Source of the DNA: Planctomycetales bacterium
Lineage (GTDB): Bacteria > Planctomycetota > Planctomycetia > Pirellulales > Pirellulaceae
DNA: 64,000 nt
Direction: 5' to 3'
Assembly (NCBI GenBank): GCA_020426625.1
Contig: JAGQPR010000001.1
Span: 18,992 to 82,991, forward strand
The notes beneath the pieces are model-generated. The model was given only the letters and a program-made list of their open reading frames with translations. It searched no databases and was not told the DNA's origin. Positions 18,445 to 28,662 of this stretch are shown here, piece after piece (position 1 is the stretch's first letter; each line of letters begins with the position of its first letter). The position numbers and the translations under genes are program-made.

Positions 18445-20901
18445 CTATTCGGACAATCGGATAGTTGCCCTGAGCAGAAGCTTTGCGGGGGCAAGGCAAG
18501 TTCGACTGTCACACGCCTGAAACGTCAGGCGAACAACGAGCGGAATTGACGTTTCGCCCCTGCCAGCGCGACCCGTGAGGCTCAAATTCAAAACAAAACG
18601 TACCTTGCCTTCATAAATTGTCAGCGTTTGGCCCAGAACTTCATCGCGAAACTCTGTTCCGTCGGGGCGTTCGATGCTGCGTACCACGAATTCAGGGCTG
18701 TCCATTAACTCGACGATTGTTTCTTGAACGCTGAGGTCCGGTGATTCGTCAGAACTGGGCGCCGAGCCGTAGATGTGGTAGCCATCGCCGATCAGTAGAT
18801 CAACCACGGCCTGGAACCCATCTTTAGCATCAGCGACACTTAGTTTTGTAGGTCGGACACGCAATTCTGCAGTTACCGCTATTGTTGATTGGCGATCATC
18901 GGGTTCGGCGGCGCCAGCGTCGTCAGCAGTAAGTTGATCTTCGATTTCACGCCAGCGACTTTCCGCCAAGACGAGATACTCAACCTGACGCGGCGATGCC
19001 TGCATGAGTTGTGCAAAATATCCCAAATGCTGGCGTGCGGCGAACAAATATTCCTGTTTGTAGGTCGATTCATACAAGTCCAGCAAGACGTTCACTGCGA
19101 CTCCATTTCCCGAAGGCAAGTTTCCGCTTCCATTCAAATGCTTGGTTCTGGTTAGCAATTCTTCGTGATCGAGGCTACTAAAAAAATAGCCGCCTGACGA
19201 ATCCTCGAAACTCAGGTGCATTTTCTCGATCAATCGCTCCGTTGCATCTCGCCAACGAACGTCATGGGTCGTTAGGAACAGTTGCATCAACCCATCGGCA
19301 AGAAATGCATAGTCGTTCAGGTAGCCCAGTCCCTCTGCCCGCCCTTGCCGCCAATTTCGCAGCAAGCGACCTTGTTCGTCGACCATGTTCTCCATGATGA
19401 ACAGGGCTGCATTCTCGGCTGCAGACGTGTACCTTGGTTCATTTAAAATTCTCCCGGCTTGTGCCAAGGCAGCGATCATCAAGCCATTCCAAGCCGTGAT
19501 GACCTTATCATCCCGATGCGGGTAGCGGCGATGCTGGCGAGCTTCTCGCAGCTTCGCTCGCGCGCCTGCCAAAGCGTTGTTTGATAAAGGCAAAGAGCTT
19601 TCCTCGGAATCAAGTGTATGTAGTTGATCCAAGAACATGTAAGGGATATTCGTCCCAGTCGGTTTGCCGGTCGCTTCTTCAACGAAATTGCCCCCTTCGC
19701 TGATGTGGTATGCGTCTACGAATTGGACGAACTCCGCCGGCAAGAGGATTTGAGAAAGCTCGGCAGATGTCCAAGTGTAATAGGCTCCTTCGACTCCATC
19801 GCTTTCCGAATCCAAGGCTGAGTAGAATCCGCCTTGCGGATCGGTCATTTCTCGATCGACCCAGGTAAAGATGTCGTCCACTGCTTGTCGGTAAAGCGGA
19901 CGTTCAGTCAATTCATATGCCTCTGCGTAGGCTCTAATCAATTGGGCATTGTCGTACAACATTTTTTCGAAGTGAGGCAGGAACCAGCGTTGGTCTGTGG
20001 AATAGCGATGAAATCCTCCTCCGATATGATCGTGAATTCCACCACACCACATCGCGTCAAGTGTCGAAGTTAGCATCTTCAAAGATTCCTCGCGGCGCGT
20101 GAGCGCGAGATGACTGAGTAATCGAAGTTGTCCGTGAGGCGGAAACTTGGGGTGGCTGCCGAAGCCCCCGTGCTGACTGTCAAACAGTTGTGTCATTTCC
20201 TCGAGTGCACGATCGACGGGACGCACATTGATTACGCTCGGTGAACCAGTTTGCAATGCGGCGGCGTTGCGAACGGCCTGCGAAAGGGAATCTGCTTGAA
20301 GCTGAACTTTTGCTGGCTCATCCTGCCATATTCGACTCAACTGCGTTAGCGCTGCCATGAACTGCGACTTGGGAAAGTAGGTACCGGCCATCCACGGCCG
20401 ACCATCCGTGGTGAGCCAAACAGAATTCGGCCACCCGCCACGACCAGTCATGAGCTGTGTGGCCAGCATCATTTGCTCGTCGATATCCGGACGTTGCTCG
20501 CGATCGACCTTAATGGCTATATAATGTTCGTTCAATATTGCAGCGACCTCTTCGTCTTCAAACGATTCTCGTTCCATGACGTGGCACCAAAAGCAGGTAG
20601 AATATCCGATCGACAGGAAAATCGGTTTGTTCTCCTGCTGGGCTTTGAGAAATGCCGCTGCACCCCATGGCATCCAGTGAACTGGATTGTGGGCATGCTG
20701 CAGCAAGTAGGGGCTGGTGGATCCAGCGAGAGCATTGGTGTGTACCTGCGCCACAGCTGGTGGCGAGGATGCTTCTTCCCGCGATGGCCCTGTTGATAAT
20801 TCTTGAGCGCTGTTCACGCTGCAGTGGCAGACCACGAGCAGCATCGACAACCCGCGGAAATACATGGTATCGTTCGTGTGGTTTAACACGGTTGCCTCCA
20901 T
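18445..20901 (-). CDS. thioredoxin-fold DUF255 (YyaL-like) protein with (alpha/alpha)6-like middle region and C-terminal DsbD-alpha-like domain
   Basis: 818 aa. '[18 protein letters not shown]...[25 protein letters not shown]' is the DUF255 signature. The C-terminus '[10 protein letters not shown] ... [14 protein letters not shown]' resembles the DsbD N-terminal/DsbC-type domain. Confidence 0.85.
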   Translation of the reverse strand: MEATVLNHTNDTMYFRGLSMLLVVCHCSVNSAQELSTGPSREEASSPPAVAQVHTNALAGSTSPYLLQHAHNPVHWMPWGAAAFLKAQQENKPIFLSIGYSTCFWCHVMERESFEDEEVAAILNEHYIAIKVDREQRPDIDEQMMLATQLMTGRGGWPNSVWLTTDGRPWMAGTYFPKSQFMAALTQLSRIWQDEPAKVQLQADSLSQAVRNAAALQTGSPSVINVRPVDRALEEMTQLFDSQHGGFGSHPKFPPHGQLRLLSHLALTRREESLKMLTSTLDAMWCGGIHDHIGGGFHRYSTDQRWFLPHFEKMLYDNAQLIRAYAEAYELTERPLYRQAVDDIFTWVDREMTDPQGGFYSALDSESDGVEGAYYTWTSAELSQILLPAEFVQFVDAYHISEGGNFVEEATGKPTGTNIPYMFLDQLHTLDSEESSLPLSNNALAGARAKLREARQHRRYPHRDDKVITAWNGLMIAALAQAGRILNEPRYTSAAENAALFIMENMVDEQGRLLRNWRQGRAEGLGYLNDYAFLADGLMQLFLTTHDVRWRDATERLIEKMHLSFEDSSGGYFFSSLDHEELLTRTKHLNGSGNLPSGNGVAVNVLLDLYESTYKQEYLFAARQHLGYFAQLMQASPRQVEYLVLAESRWREIEDQLTADDAGAAEPDDRQSTIAVTAELRVRPTKLSVADAKDGFQAVVDLLIGDGYHIYGSAPSSDESPDLSVQETIVELMDSPEFVVRSIERPDGTEFRDEVLGQTLTIYEGKVRFVLNLSLTGRAGRGETSIPLVVRLTFQACDSRTCLAPAKLLLRATIRLSE

Positions 20902-20942
20902 TGCGCTGGCAGCCTTACGCGTTCGAAAGCGAGCACAAATCC

Positions 20943-21374
20943 ATGCGCGTCGTCATTACTGAGTATGCTTCCAATGAGTTGGACATCAGAACGATTCGTG
21001 ATCAAGTGTTCATTGTGGAGCAACAAGTTCCGCGTGAACAAGAAATCGATGACCGTGATCCAATCTGCTTGCATGCCTTAGTCTACGACCAACAAGAGCC
21101 GATCGCGACTGGCAGACTGGATCTCGCCAAGGGAAAAGTCGGTCGTGTGGCGGTTCTTGAACCTTATCGCCGTTGTGGGGTTGGCAGTCTAGTCATGCGA
21201 GCTTTGGAGCAATGCGCACTCGAAGCGGGACTTGAAAGAATCTGGTTTCATGCTCAGCTAACGGCTGTGCCATTCTATACTTCGTTAGGCTATCGGATTT
21301 GCAGCGAGGAGTTCGTTGAGGCCAACATCCGTCACGTGATGATGGATAAGGACCTGAATTCCCAGACGAATTGA
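20943..21374 (+). CDS. GNAT family N-acetyltransferase
   Basis: The ATG at 20943 lies inside ORF 20652..21374. '[21 protein letters not shown]' is the acetyl-CoA binding motif A (R/Q-x-x-G-x-G/A). The upstream 97 codons overlap the neighbouring gene and look non-coding. Confidence 0.8.
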   Translation: MRVVITEYASNELDIRTIRDQVFIVEQQVPREQEIDDRDPICLHALVYDQQEPIATGRLDLAKGKVGRVAVLEPYRRCGVGSLVMRALEQCALEAGLERIWFHAQLTAVPFYTSLGYRICSEEFVEANIRHVMMDKDLNSQTN

Positions 21375-21476
21375 AAGTTATGGTATTAGAATACGCGGTC
21401 ACGTTGTCGATTGCATCTCTCCAAGCCGTTATCCGCCTGGCGTAGAATTTCCGCTTTCCTCCAACAATTCCCACTC

Positions 21477-22676
21477 ATGAGTACACTTCCACAGCTAGTC
21501 CTGAATACACGCAAAGCCCGTAGTTTTTCGGGGCATCACCCCTGGGTGGTAAGTCATTCGATTATCGAGCCGACAATACCACTTGCGCCTGGACAAGCCG
21601 TCGAGTTGGTGACCCCAAATGGCCATTGGATTGGAAGAGGTTTCTACAACCCTGCTAGTGCCATACGCGTGCGTCTGTATCAATGGTCGGAAAATCAGTC
21701 GTTGAATGTCGACTGGTGTTTGCAGCAGCTGGAGCGAGCGGTTGCGCTTCGGCGAATGTGGGCAGACATCGACTGCCCGCTGACTGCAGTCAGGCTTATC
21801 AATAGCGAGGGTGATGGGCTGAGTGGTTTGATCGTCGATCGCTTCGGCGACTATATCGTGATTCAAGTAACCGCTCTGGCCATTGTGCCGTGGCTAGATG
21901 CAATCTGTGATTGGTTGTCTAAGGAGCTTCGCTCCAAGGCCATATTCGTGCGTACTGACGCGAGGATTGCTCGCAACGAAGGGATGCCTGATCGAGATGA
22001 GCTCGTTAGTGGATCCGCCCCGGACGGGCCCATCGAGTTGATCGAAAACGATGTGCGTTTGATGATCGACCTGAATCAAGGACAAAAGACGGGCTATTAC
22101 CTGGATCAACGCGCCAATCGACTAAGAGCTGCAAAGTGGATTGGACCAGGAAGAATGCTTGATGTTTGTTGCTACCTTGGCGGATTCTCACTGGCTGCAT
22201 GTCGTTGGGGGCAGCCATCCCAGGTGACGGCAGTAGACTCAAGTCAGGCCGCGCTTCAGCAGGCGGCGGTCAATTCCGGTTTGAACGGCATCGAGCGTAT
22301 TGAATTCATTCAAGCTGACTGTTTTGATTTCCTGGAGCAGCAATCACGTGAGGTGTCAGAAAAGTTCCAAACGGTCGTTCTGGATCCACCGCGTCTAGCG
22401 GGGAACCGAAATCAAGTGCCAGCTGCGCTGCGGGCCTATCATCGCTTGAATCTGTCTGCAGTCAAATGTCTCAGGCCAGGCGGGGTCTTGGTGACCTGCA
22501 GCTGTTCTGGAAGGATCAGTAGAGCGGATTTTACGGGCATGCTCGCTTCGGTCGCAAAACGTAGTCGCCGAACAATCCAGATTCTTTGGACTGCCGGAGC
22601 GGATTTTGACCACCCGGTGGATGCCAGTTGCCCTGAGACTGAGTATCTGAAGTGCTATTTCTGTCGCGTGGAATGA
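21477..22676 (+). CDS. rlmI: class I SAM-dependent rRNA (cytosine-C5) methyltransferase, RlmI-like
   Basis: It has a PUA-like N-terminus 'HPWVVSHSI', 'GQKTGYYLDQRANR', 'VLDVCCYLGGFSL' and 'VVLDPP'. The ATG at 21477 is preferred over 21411. Confidence 0.8.
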   Translation: MSTLPQLVLNTRKARSFSGHHPWVVSHSIIEPTIPLAPGQAVELVTPNGHWIGRGFYNPASAIRVRLYQWSENQSLNVDWCLQQLERAVALRRMWADIDCPLTAVRLINSEGDGLSGLIVDRFGDYIVIQVTALAIVPWLDAICDWLSKELRSKAIFVRTDARIARNEGMPDRDELVSGSAPDGPIELIENDVRLMIDLNQGQKTGYYLDQRANRLRAAKWIGPGRMLDVCCYLGGFSLAACRWGQPSQVTAVDSSQAALQQAAVNSGLNGIERIEFIQADCFDFLEQQSREVSEKFQTVVLDPPRLAGNRNQVPAALRAYHRLNLSAVKCLRPGGVLVTCSCSGRISRADFTGMLASVAKRSRRTIQILWTAGADFDHPVDASCPETEYLKCYFCRVE

Positions 22677-22930
22677 AAACGACCACGTAGATTCGGCAAC
22701 GGAATCAAAGTGCTCGAGTCGTGCACGATGTCCAGGTTGCGCATAAAAAATGGTCACGGTATGCCGCTCCATCGCCACACCGTAACCATTAATTCGTTGG
22801 AGCGGAAAGCGTGTTTCCGTTCCATCATCCCAATCCGTGGTACTAACGTTATCGGTCTTATGACAGAGAATAATTTAGCGTTATCTAACCAAAAACTGCT
22901 TCGTTCTTGCTGCGCTCATCGGGCGTTGAC

Positions 22931-23740
22931 CTAACGGCTGATCAACGGCGGGAACTGAGCAATCCGTTGCGATTGTGGCTTGATCGGCGGTGGTGGCGGC
23001 AGCGAGACCGGGCCAGCAACTGGGGACACGTTGGTTGCCGACAGTTGCGGGATTGCACTGGAAGCGAATTCGTTGCATTGATCACAAGCTGCAGGCGTCT
23101 GGAGATAACGGTTTACTTGAACTCCGCACGGCGCACATCCAGCGGCGCAAGATGGCTGGCACGCACAACCGCATCGCGGATGTCCTGCGATCTTCTCCCA
23201 CATGCGCGCACATTCGGCTGCTCGTTGAGCTTCGTATCCGTCCCAAAGTCCCGCAACACATTGTTCTCGCAAAAGCACTGAAGCAACTGGATTGGGTGTT
23301 CTGTACGCCTCATCCCACGAAACCGGAGTGGTTCGACAGTCGGAGACGCCCTCAATTGTTGCCAGAGCATTGACGGCATCGATAACGGAGGAGCGGTTTG
23401 CGTGGGACGTACGCAGCGATTGTGGATCGCTCAGGTCCTGACGCTCATTCCTGGACTCCGGAATTGGCTGAGAATTCGAACGATCATTAATGTTGTAGGA
23501 ATTCTGCGATGGCGGAGGGTATGTTGGCAAGTTCTCTGGTTCATCTAAATCCAGGAATTCCAAGTCGCTGTCCAGTTCTGCGGATTGCTGTTGAGCGACT
23601 AGTAATCTGTCGTCGTCCAGCGACAGAGCAGGAGCTGGTGCGGGCTGGCCAAAGCCGCGGAGTGCTTGTACCTGACCAAAGGCCCTCAGAGGAACGCCGC
23701 CAACGATTGCGACGGTTACGATAATTGCGTGAACTTTCAT
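22931..23740 (-). CDS. hypothetical secreted protein with Cys-rich and Pro-rich C-terminus
   Basis: The internal ATG at 23740 gives the signal peptide 'MKVHAIIVTVAIVGGVPLRAFGQ'. The C-terminus has 'CGCACQPSCAAGCAPCG' and 'PPPPPIKP'. No family recognised. Confidence 0.5.
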   Translation of the reverse strand: MKVHAIIVTVAIVGGVPLRAFGQVQALRGFGQPAPAPALSLDDDRLLVAQQQSAELDSDLEFLDLDEPENLPTYPPPSQNSYNINDRSNSQPIPESRNERQDLSDPQSLRTSHANRSSVIDAVNALATIEGVSDCRTTPVSWDEAYRTPNPVASVLLREQCVAGLWDGYEAQRAAECARMWEKIAGHPRCGCACQPSCAAGCAPCGVQVNRYLQTPAACDQCNEFASSAIPQLSATNVSPVAGPVSLPPPPPIKPQSQRIAQFPPLISR

Positions 23741-24106
23741 GGGGGTACCCCTAGAGTGCGAACGGCGAGCCGAATCCTTGGCAACGAGCGTTACGAAAAA
23801 GCACCTCGAACAATTTCCCTTAGCGGCGGTAACGTAGACCGCATCAACTGCGAGGCAGGTGTCACAGCGGGTGTCGTAGGTGCATCGGTAACATCGAACC
23901 GCCGGGCTGGCGTACAAAAGCAATGATAGCGATATCGCGGCAAATCCCGCGCCACACCTGCGCAACGCGTCGAATAAAGAAGTCGCAACTGTTATTCAGA
24001 AACAAACCGGATTTGGCACAAACACGGAATAGCTGAGATGTCCCAGCTGTTTCGGTTTTGCAGATTAGGAACGGATTGCGAACAAACGAGATATTTGGTG
24101 CCTAGA

Positions 24107-26800
24107 CTACTTGCCTGGATTCCTAACCGCCTGCAACAGTCGCTGCCGGATCATGTAAAGTCGGGTACTTTCAGTCAGTTTTTCACCATTGACATCTGTC
24201 ACATAGAACACGTCGACAACCTGATCCACATGAGTGCTAATCTTGGCAAAGTGCAAGATTAATTGCATTTCAAAGAGAATCTTGGACACAGAATAAAGCA
24301 ACCCCAGTCGATCGTAGGCAAACAGTGTAATGATCGTGTGCGAGTCTGATGTGCTGTTATCGAAGCGAACTTGCGTTGGCTGGATTTGCAGACTTTCAGT
24401 ATTCTTCGCTTTACCATAGGGCCAGCGGATCGGGAACGTTGGTGGCGCCAAAACTTGTGGATCCAAGGCGGCATTGATCTTCTGGCATACTTCATCAATT
24501 CGAGACTGCGGAGGTGGGCCCTCGAATTGCTTGTCTTCTACCAAGAATCTGTCCCAAGCGATTTCACCAGGCTGCGTATGGATATCTGCCGCGTTGATTT
24601 GCATTCCCAGGCTAGATAGGGCACCTGTAATTCGATGAAAGGTACCGATGGGACGCCCTGTTTGTCGAGTGGCAATCGTGTACTCGACAGCGTTTTGCGA
24701 CTCGATATATCTCCCCCAAGCGAGAGAAGGCAACTGATCCAACTTGGAAAGGCTCGCTAATTCTTGGACGGCAATCTGAGGTGGAGTTCTCATCAGGTAA
24801 CCGATGGGCAGCGCGGCCACCTGACTTTCCCACCACTGACGATCTACTTTCAGACTGTCTGGGACGACTCGCAGAATTGACGATCGGCGAGCATTGATCT
24901 CACCTCGAAATCCTTCGCCTGGTTTGTCGTCTCGAAAATGCGAATCCGTTTGGTAGTACAGCTGCAGTAGCAAGTCGATCTTCCATTGATTGACTACATC
25001 GGGGCCTACGCTGGCCAGATCTGCGTAGGTCAGCAGCAACAGCAATTGCAATCGCTCGCTGCTCCCGACTATGGAGGCGAATTTTACGGCTGCTTTATTG
25101 TCACTCAAATCAAATCGAAACGCTGTATGGGCTAGCAGAAGATGCTGATGAACAAGAAACATCAACGTCTCTTTGTCTTGCGCCGAAAGGCGTAGACGAT
25201 CCGCGGTTCTCTCAGCGATAATTCGCCCCAATTCACTATGGTCCTCTGCGTATCCTTTACCCAAATCGTGAATCAAGAGTGCCAGATGCAAGAGAGCTCT
25301 ATTGTTTAGTCCACGGTAGATAATTCCCAGCAACGACGGATCCGTTGCCAACTCCGTGGCACATTCCACTGCGCGAATCGAATGCGCATCGACAGTATAT
25401 TTATGGTATTGATTGAATTGAAGTAAGCAGCGAGCATGGGTCATTTCCGGCACAATCTGTTCCAGCACTCGCAGTTCATGCAAACGCCGAAGTTGAGTGG
25501 CCAGACTATTAGAACTAGAGAGCAGTTCCCAAAAGCGTTGAATTGTGACGGAATCAATTTCGGAGATTTGGCGGGTCAACATCGCGGAGCGGATTTCCTG
25601 CCAGGTCCGGTGCTCAATTGCCTTTCCATACAGGCTGGATATCTTCATTAATTCGAGCACAGCGGCAGGATCGCGTTTCATGCGTTCCAGTCCCGAGCGT
25701 GAGGCCCAAACGTGTCGCCAACCCACGCGGTAATCGCGTTTCACCGGATAGGAGATGCTGTGTTCCAGCGAGACTGCCAATGGCGATTGCCATTTTGCCG
25801 ATCCAACAAACTGAGCTGAAGAGTAGCGAACCTCGCTAGTGTGCTCAAAGTACCGTTGCATGAACTGCTCGACGGGTAACAGCCCATCGGTTCCTTCGAA
25901 TCCACTCCACTCAGCCAGGCGGATTTGCAACGCGCGATCCAGTTGGTCCTGCGACTTGCCTGCCTCAAAGTGCATCTGATTTCTCAAACGCAAGAGGAAT
26001 TGGTATGCTCGCTTCAGCGCTCGGTGATCTTCCTGGGCGAGATGCCCCAGCTGAGCAAGCTGGTCGAGATCACACTCGCCGAATTTGGCAAAGCCTAGCC
26101 AACGCACCAATTGGATGTCACGCAGGGCGCCACGCGACCGTTTGACATTCGGTTCGAGTAAGAATACTGTTTCGCCATAGATGCGGCTTTCTTCCCGTCG
26201 GGCTGCCTCGACTTTCTTGATCATCGAACGACTACGGTGTCTTCCTCCCTGCCGTAGTCGGTTGATGTATTTTCCGAAGAGTTCGACGCTTCCCGTAAGC
26301 AGCCTGCTTTCTGCCAGCGAGCTAAAGACCTTGCCATCACTCCATGCTAGCTTGCAGGCCTGTTGCGGTGTACACATGGAAAAGCCCAACATGCAACCGA
26401 CATCGCCAATGCACTTGACCAGCGACCGGGCAATTCGACCAGCATCCTCGGCAACCGCCTTGGAATGCAGCAGCATCAGGTCAACGTCCGAAAACGGTGC
26501 GACGTCGCGTCGACCGTATCCGCCATGCGCGACTAAAGTGAAACAGCCAGCCTTTTCGGATAATCCTTCTTCATCAATCGCATGATCAAAGATATCCAGT
26601 ACGATTGAGTCGAGCAGGTCTGCGTGGCACAAACAAACTTGCAGTCCGGGTGAACCCGAGTCGTGTTGTGCCCTGAGCTTGAGGCGTCCCTCAAGAAGCC
26701 GGTCTCGCAACCGCAGCACAATCGGTGGCAAACCGCCTTCGCTTTTCATGTGATTCAAGAAGCAAGCCTGTAAAATGCTGTGAAACCAGACAAGCCACAA
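24107..26800 (-). CDS. glnD: [protein-PII] uridylyltransferase / uridylyl-removing enzyme
   Basis: 897-aa ORF. It has nucleotidyltransferase 'GGYGRRDVAPFSDVDLMLL', HD domain 'LLIHDLGKG' and C-terminal ACT-like 'IITLFAYDRLGLLYSVSKIL'. It lies directly downstream of glnB. An alternative ATG lies at 26749. Confidence 0.88.
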   Translation of the reverse strand: MWLVWFHSILQACFLNHMKSEGGLPPIVLRLRDRLLEGRLKLRAQHDSGSPGLQVCLCHADLLDSIVLDIFDHAIDEEGLSEKAGCFTLVAHGGYGRRDVAPFSDVDLMLLHSKAVAEDAGRIARSLVKCIGDVGCMLGFSMCTPQQACKLAWSDGKVFSSLAESRLLTGSVELFGKYINRLRQGGRHRSRSMIKKVEAARREESRIYGETVFLLEPNVKRSRGALRDIQLVRWLGFAKFGECDLDQLAQLGHLAQEDHRALKRAYQFLLRLRNQMHFEAGKSQDQLDRALQIRLAEWSGFEGTDGLLPVEQFMQRYFEHTSEVRYSSAQFVGSAKWQSPLAVSLEHSISYPVKRDYRVGWRHVWASRSGLERMKRDPAAVLELMKISSLYGKAIEHRTWQEIRSAMLTRQISEIDSVTIQRFWELLSSSNSLATQLRRLHELRVLEQIVPEMTHARCLLQFNQYHKYTVDAHSIRAVECATELATDPSLLGIIYRGLNNRALLHLALLIHDLGKGYAEDHSELGRIIAERTADRLRLSAQDKETLMFLVHQHLLLAHTAFRFDLSDNKAAVKFASIVGSSERLQLLLLLTYADLASVGPDVVNQWKIDLLLQLYYQTDSHFRDDKPGEGFRGEINARRSSILRVVPDSLKVDRQWWESQVAALPIGYLMRTPPQIAVQELASLSKLDQLPSLAWGRYIESQNAVEYTIATRQTGRPIGTFHRITGALSSLGMQINAADIHTQPGEIAWDRFLVEDKQFEGPPPQSRIDEVCQKINAALDPQVLAPPTFPIRWPYGKAKNTESLQIQPTQVRFDNSTSDSHTIITLFAYDRLGLLYSVSKILFEMQLILHFAKISTHVDQVVDVFYVTDVNGEKLTESTRLYMIRQRLLQAVRNPGK

Positions 26801-26872
26801 ACCGATTTCACAAATTGGTCAAACCGAGTTGCTTATCCGCCTAAGCCCGCGGTCTTGACATAATCAATGATG

Positions 26873-27229
<357 letters not shown>

Positions 27230-27487
27230 TCAAACGTATTGTTGGGGTGTGCAGATAGTCGGTGATCCATCGAGATTGGGGAAAAACCGTAAAAAATGGG
27301 AAGCCGCAGATACGGCCGTACCCAAAAGAGTGAGGATTCCCCAAGTCCTATCAGTCTAACCTGTACCCTGGCAGGCAGGAATCGGGAGGAAAGCCGATTT
27401 GTGATAACCTAGTAACGCTGGGTCTAAGCATTTGTCTGGCAAATCCAATATTCAACTTTTCCGATTTGGCAAGCTTGTGAAACGTTC

Positions 27488-28054
27488 CTATGGTTTGCAC
27501 CAAGGCACATCTGAAATGCCTAGGGCGCGATTGTGCCAGCGCGCCAAAACAAAAAACAGGTCGCTCAGTCGGTTCAGGTAGATGATCGGCAATTGAAGGC
27601 TTTCCAACGAGTTTTCTTCGCAGGCCAAATGAACCACGGCCCGTTCACAGCGTCGGCAGACGGTGCGGGCCAAATGGAACAATGCGGAACCCTTTGAACC
27701 ACCGGGAAGGATAAAAGTCTCTAGGGCTGGTAATGTAGCCTCCGTTGCATCAATTTGCATTTCCAAAGCGGTTACATTGTCAACCGTCAATATCCGCATG
27801 TTGTGCTGGTCTGGATTGGGGGTAGCCAGTTGTGCGCCCATCGAGAATAGATCCCTCTGAATTTCCGATAGTAGGCGAAAAATCACATCGGCGCCCTCAA
27901 GCCCCAATACCAGTTCCGCGGAAATCAATCCAATCAGGGCATTCAACTCATCAACGACCCCATAGGCGTCGATTCTCGCATGATGCTTGGGAACTCTTGG
28001 ACCTGCAAAAAGACCAGTCGTTCCATCATCGCCAGTCTTCGTATAGATTTTCAT
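27488..28054 (-). CDS. ATP:cob(I)alamin adenosyltransferase, PduO type
   Basis: 188 aa. The N-terminal 'MKIYTKTGDDGTTGL' and 'RIDAYGVVDELNALIG' are the PduO-type signature. Confidence 0.9.
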   Translation of the reverse strand: MKIYTKTGDDGTTGLFAGPRVPKHHARIDAYGVVDELNALIGLISAELVLGLEGADVIFRLLSEIQRDLFSMGAQLATPNPDQHNMRILTVDNVTALEMQIDATEATLPALETFILPGGSKGSALFHLARTVCRRCERAVVHLACEENSLESLQLPIIYLNRLSDLFFVLARWHNRALGISDVPWCKP

Positions 28055-28189
28055 AAGCAGCGTGTTTCTTATGAGGTTACAGTCGGCCGAGGCGATTGCC
28101 AGTTCTATGGTGCCGTTGAGCGGTTCGCGTTGCAGCTTGCCTTTTTCACTGGCCTCGAATCTAGACTAGACTAACTAAGGGAAAATGTC

Positions 28190-28630
28190 ATGAGGGCTGT
28201 TGTCCAAGCGGCCGGTTTCATCCTGTTCCATCGCGCACAGCCCGCCAGTTTCCTACTGATGAAACATCGCGATCGCTGGGATCTTCCCAAGGGACACGCC
28301 GAAGAGGGCGAGGATCTGCTGACTACGGCACTGCGGGAAACAGAAGAGGAGACGGGTATACGCTCCTCTCAGATCGAGATTGATTCCGGTTTTCGCTACT
28401 CTTTGGAATACCCCGTGGTCGGCAAGAAACGGGGTAGCTACTTGAAACGAGCAACCTATTTCTTGGGTTATGTCACCCAGAAACATGAGATTACATTGAC
28501 CGAGCACTTGGGCTACAAGTGGTTCGAATGGCCAGTTGCTGGCTCGATCCAAGCCATGACCATTGACCCCTTATTGCAAGCCTTGTCAACACACTTCGAA
28601 CATTTAGCAAAAAGTGCGGAAGAGTCCTGA
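28190..28630 (+). CDS. NUDIX hydrolase
   Basis: 146 aa with the Nudix box 'GHAEEGEDLLTTALRETEEETGI' (GX5EX7REUXEEXGU). Confidence 0.87.
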   Translation: MRAVVQAAGFILFHRAQPASFLLMKHRDRWDLPKGHAEEGEDLLTTALRETEEETGIRSSQIEIDSGFRYSLEYPVVGKKRGSYLKRATYFLGYVTQKHEITLTEHLGYKWFEWPVAGSIQAMTIDPLLQALSTHFEHLAKSAEES

Positions 28631-28662
28631 CACAACATGGGGCACGAGCGATGTTAGGATTC

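Noticed and set aside
20652-20942. N-terminal 97-codon extension of the GNAT ORF. Similar extensions occur at 23741-23965, 30599-30670, 3234-3320 and 42688-42816.
   Set aside because: The extensions overlap neighbouring genes or are Arg/Cys-rich. Internal starts give sensible N-termini (signal peptide, domain start, or non-overlapping GTG).
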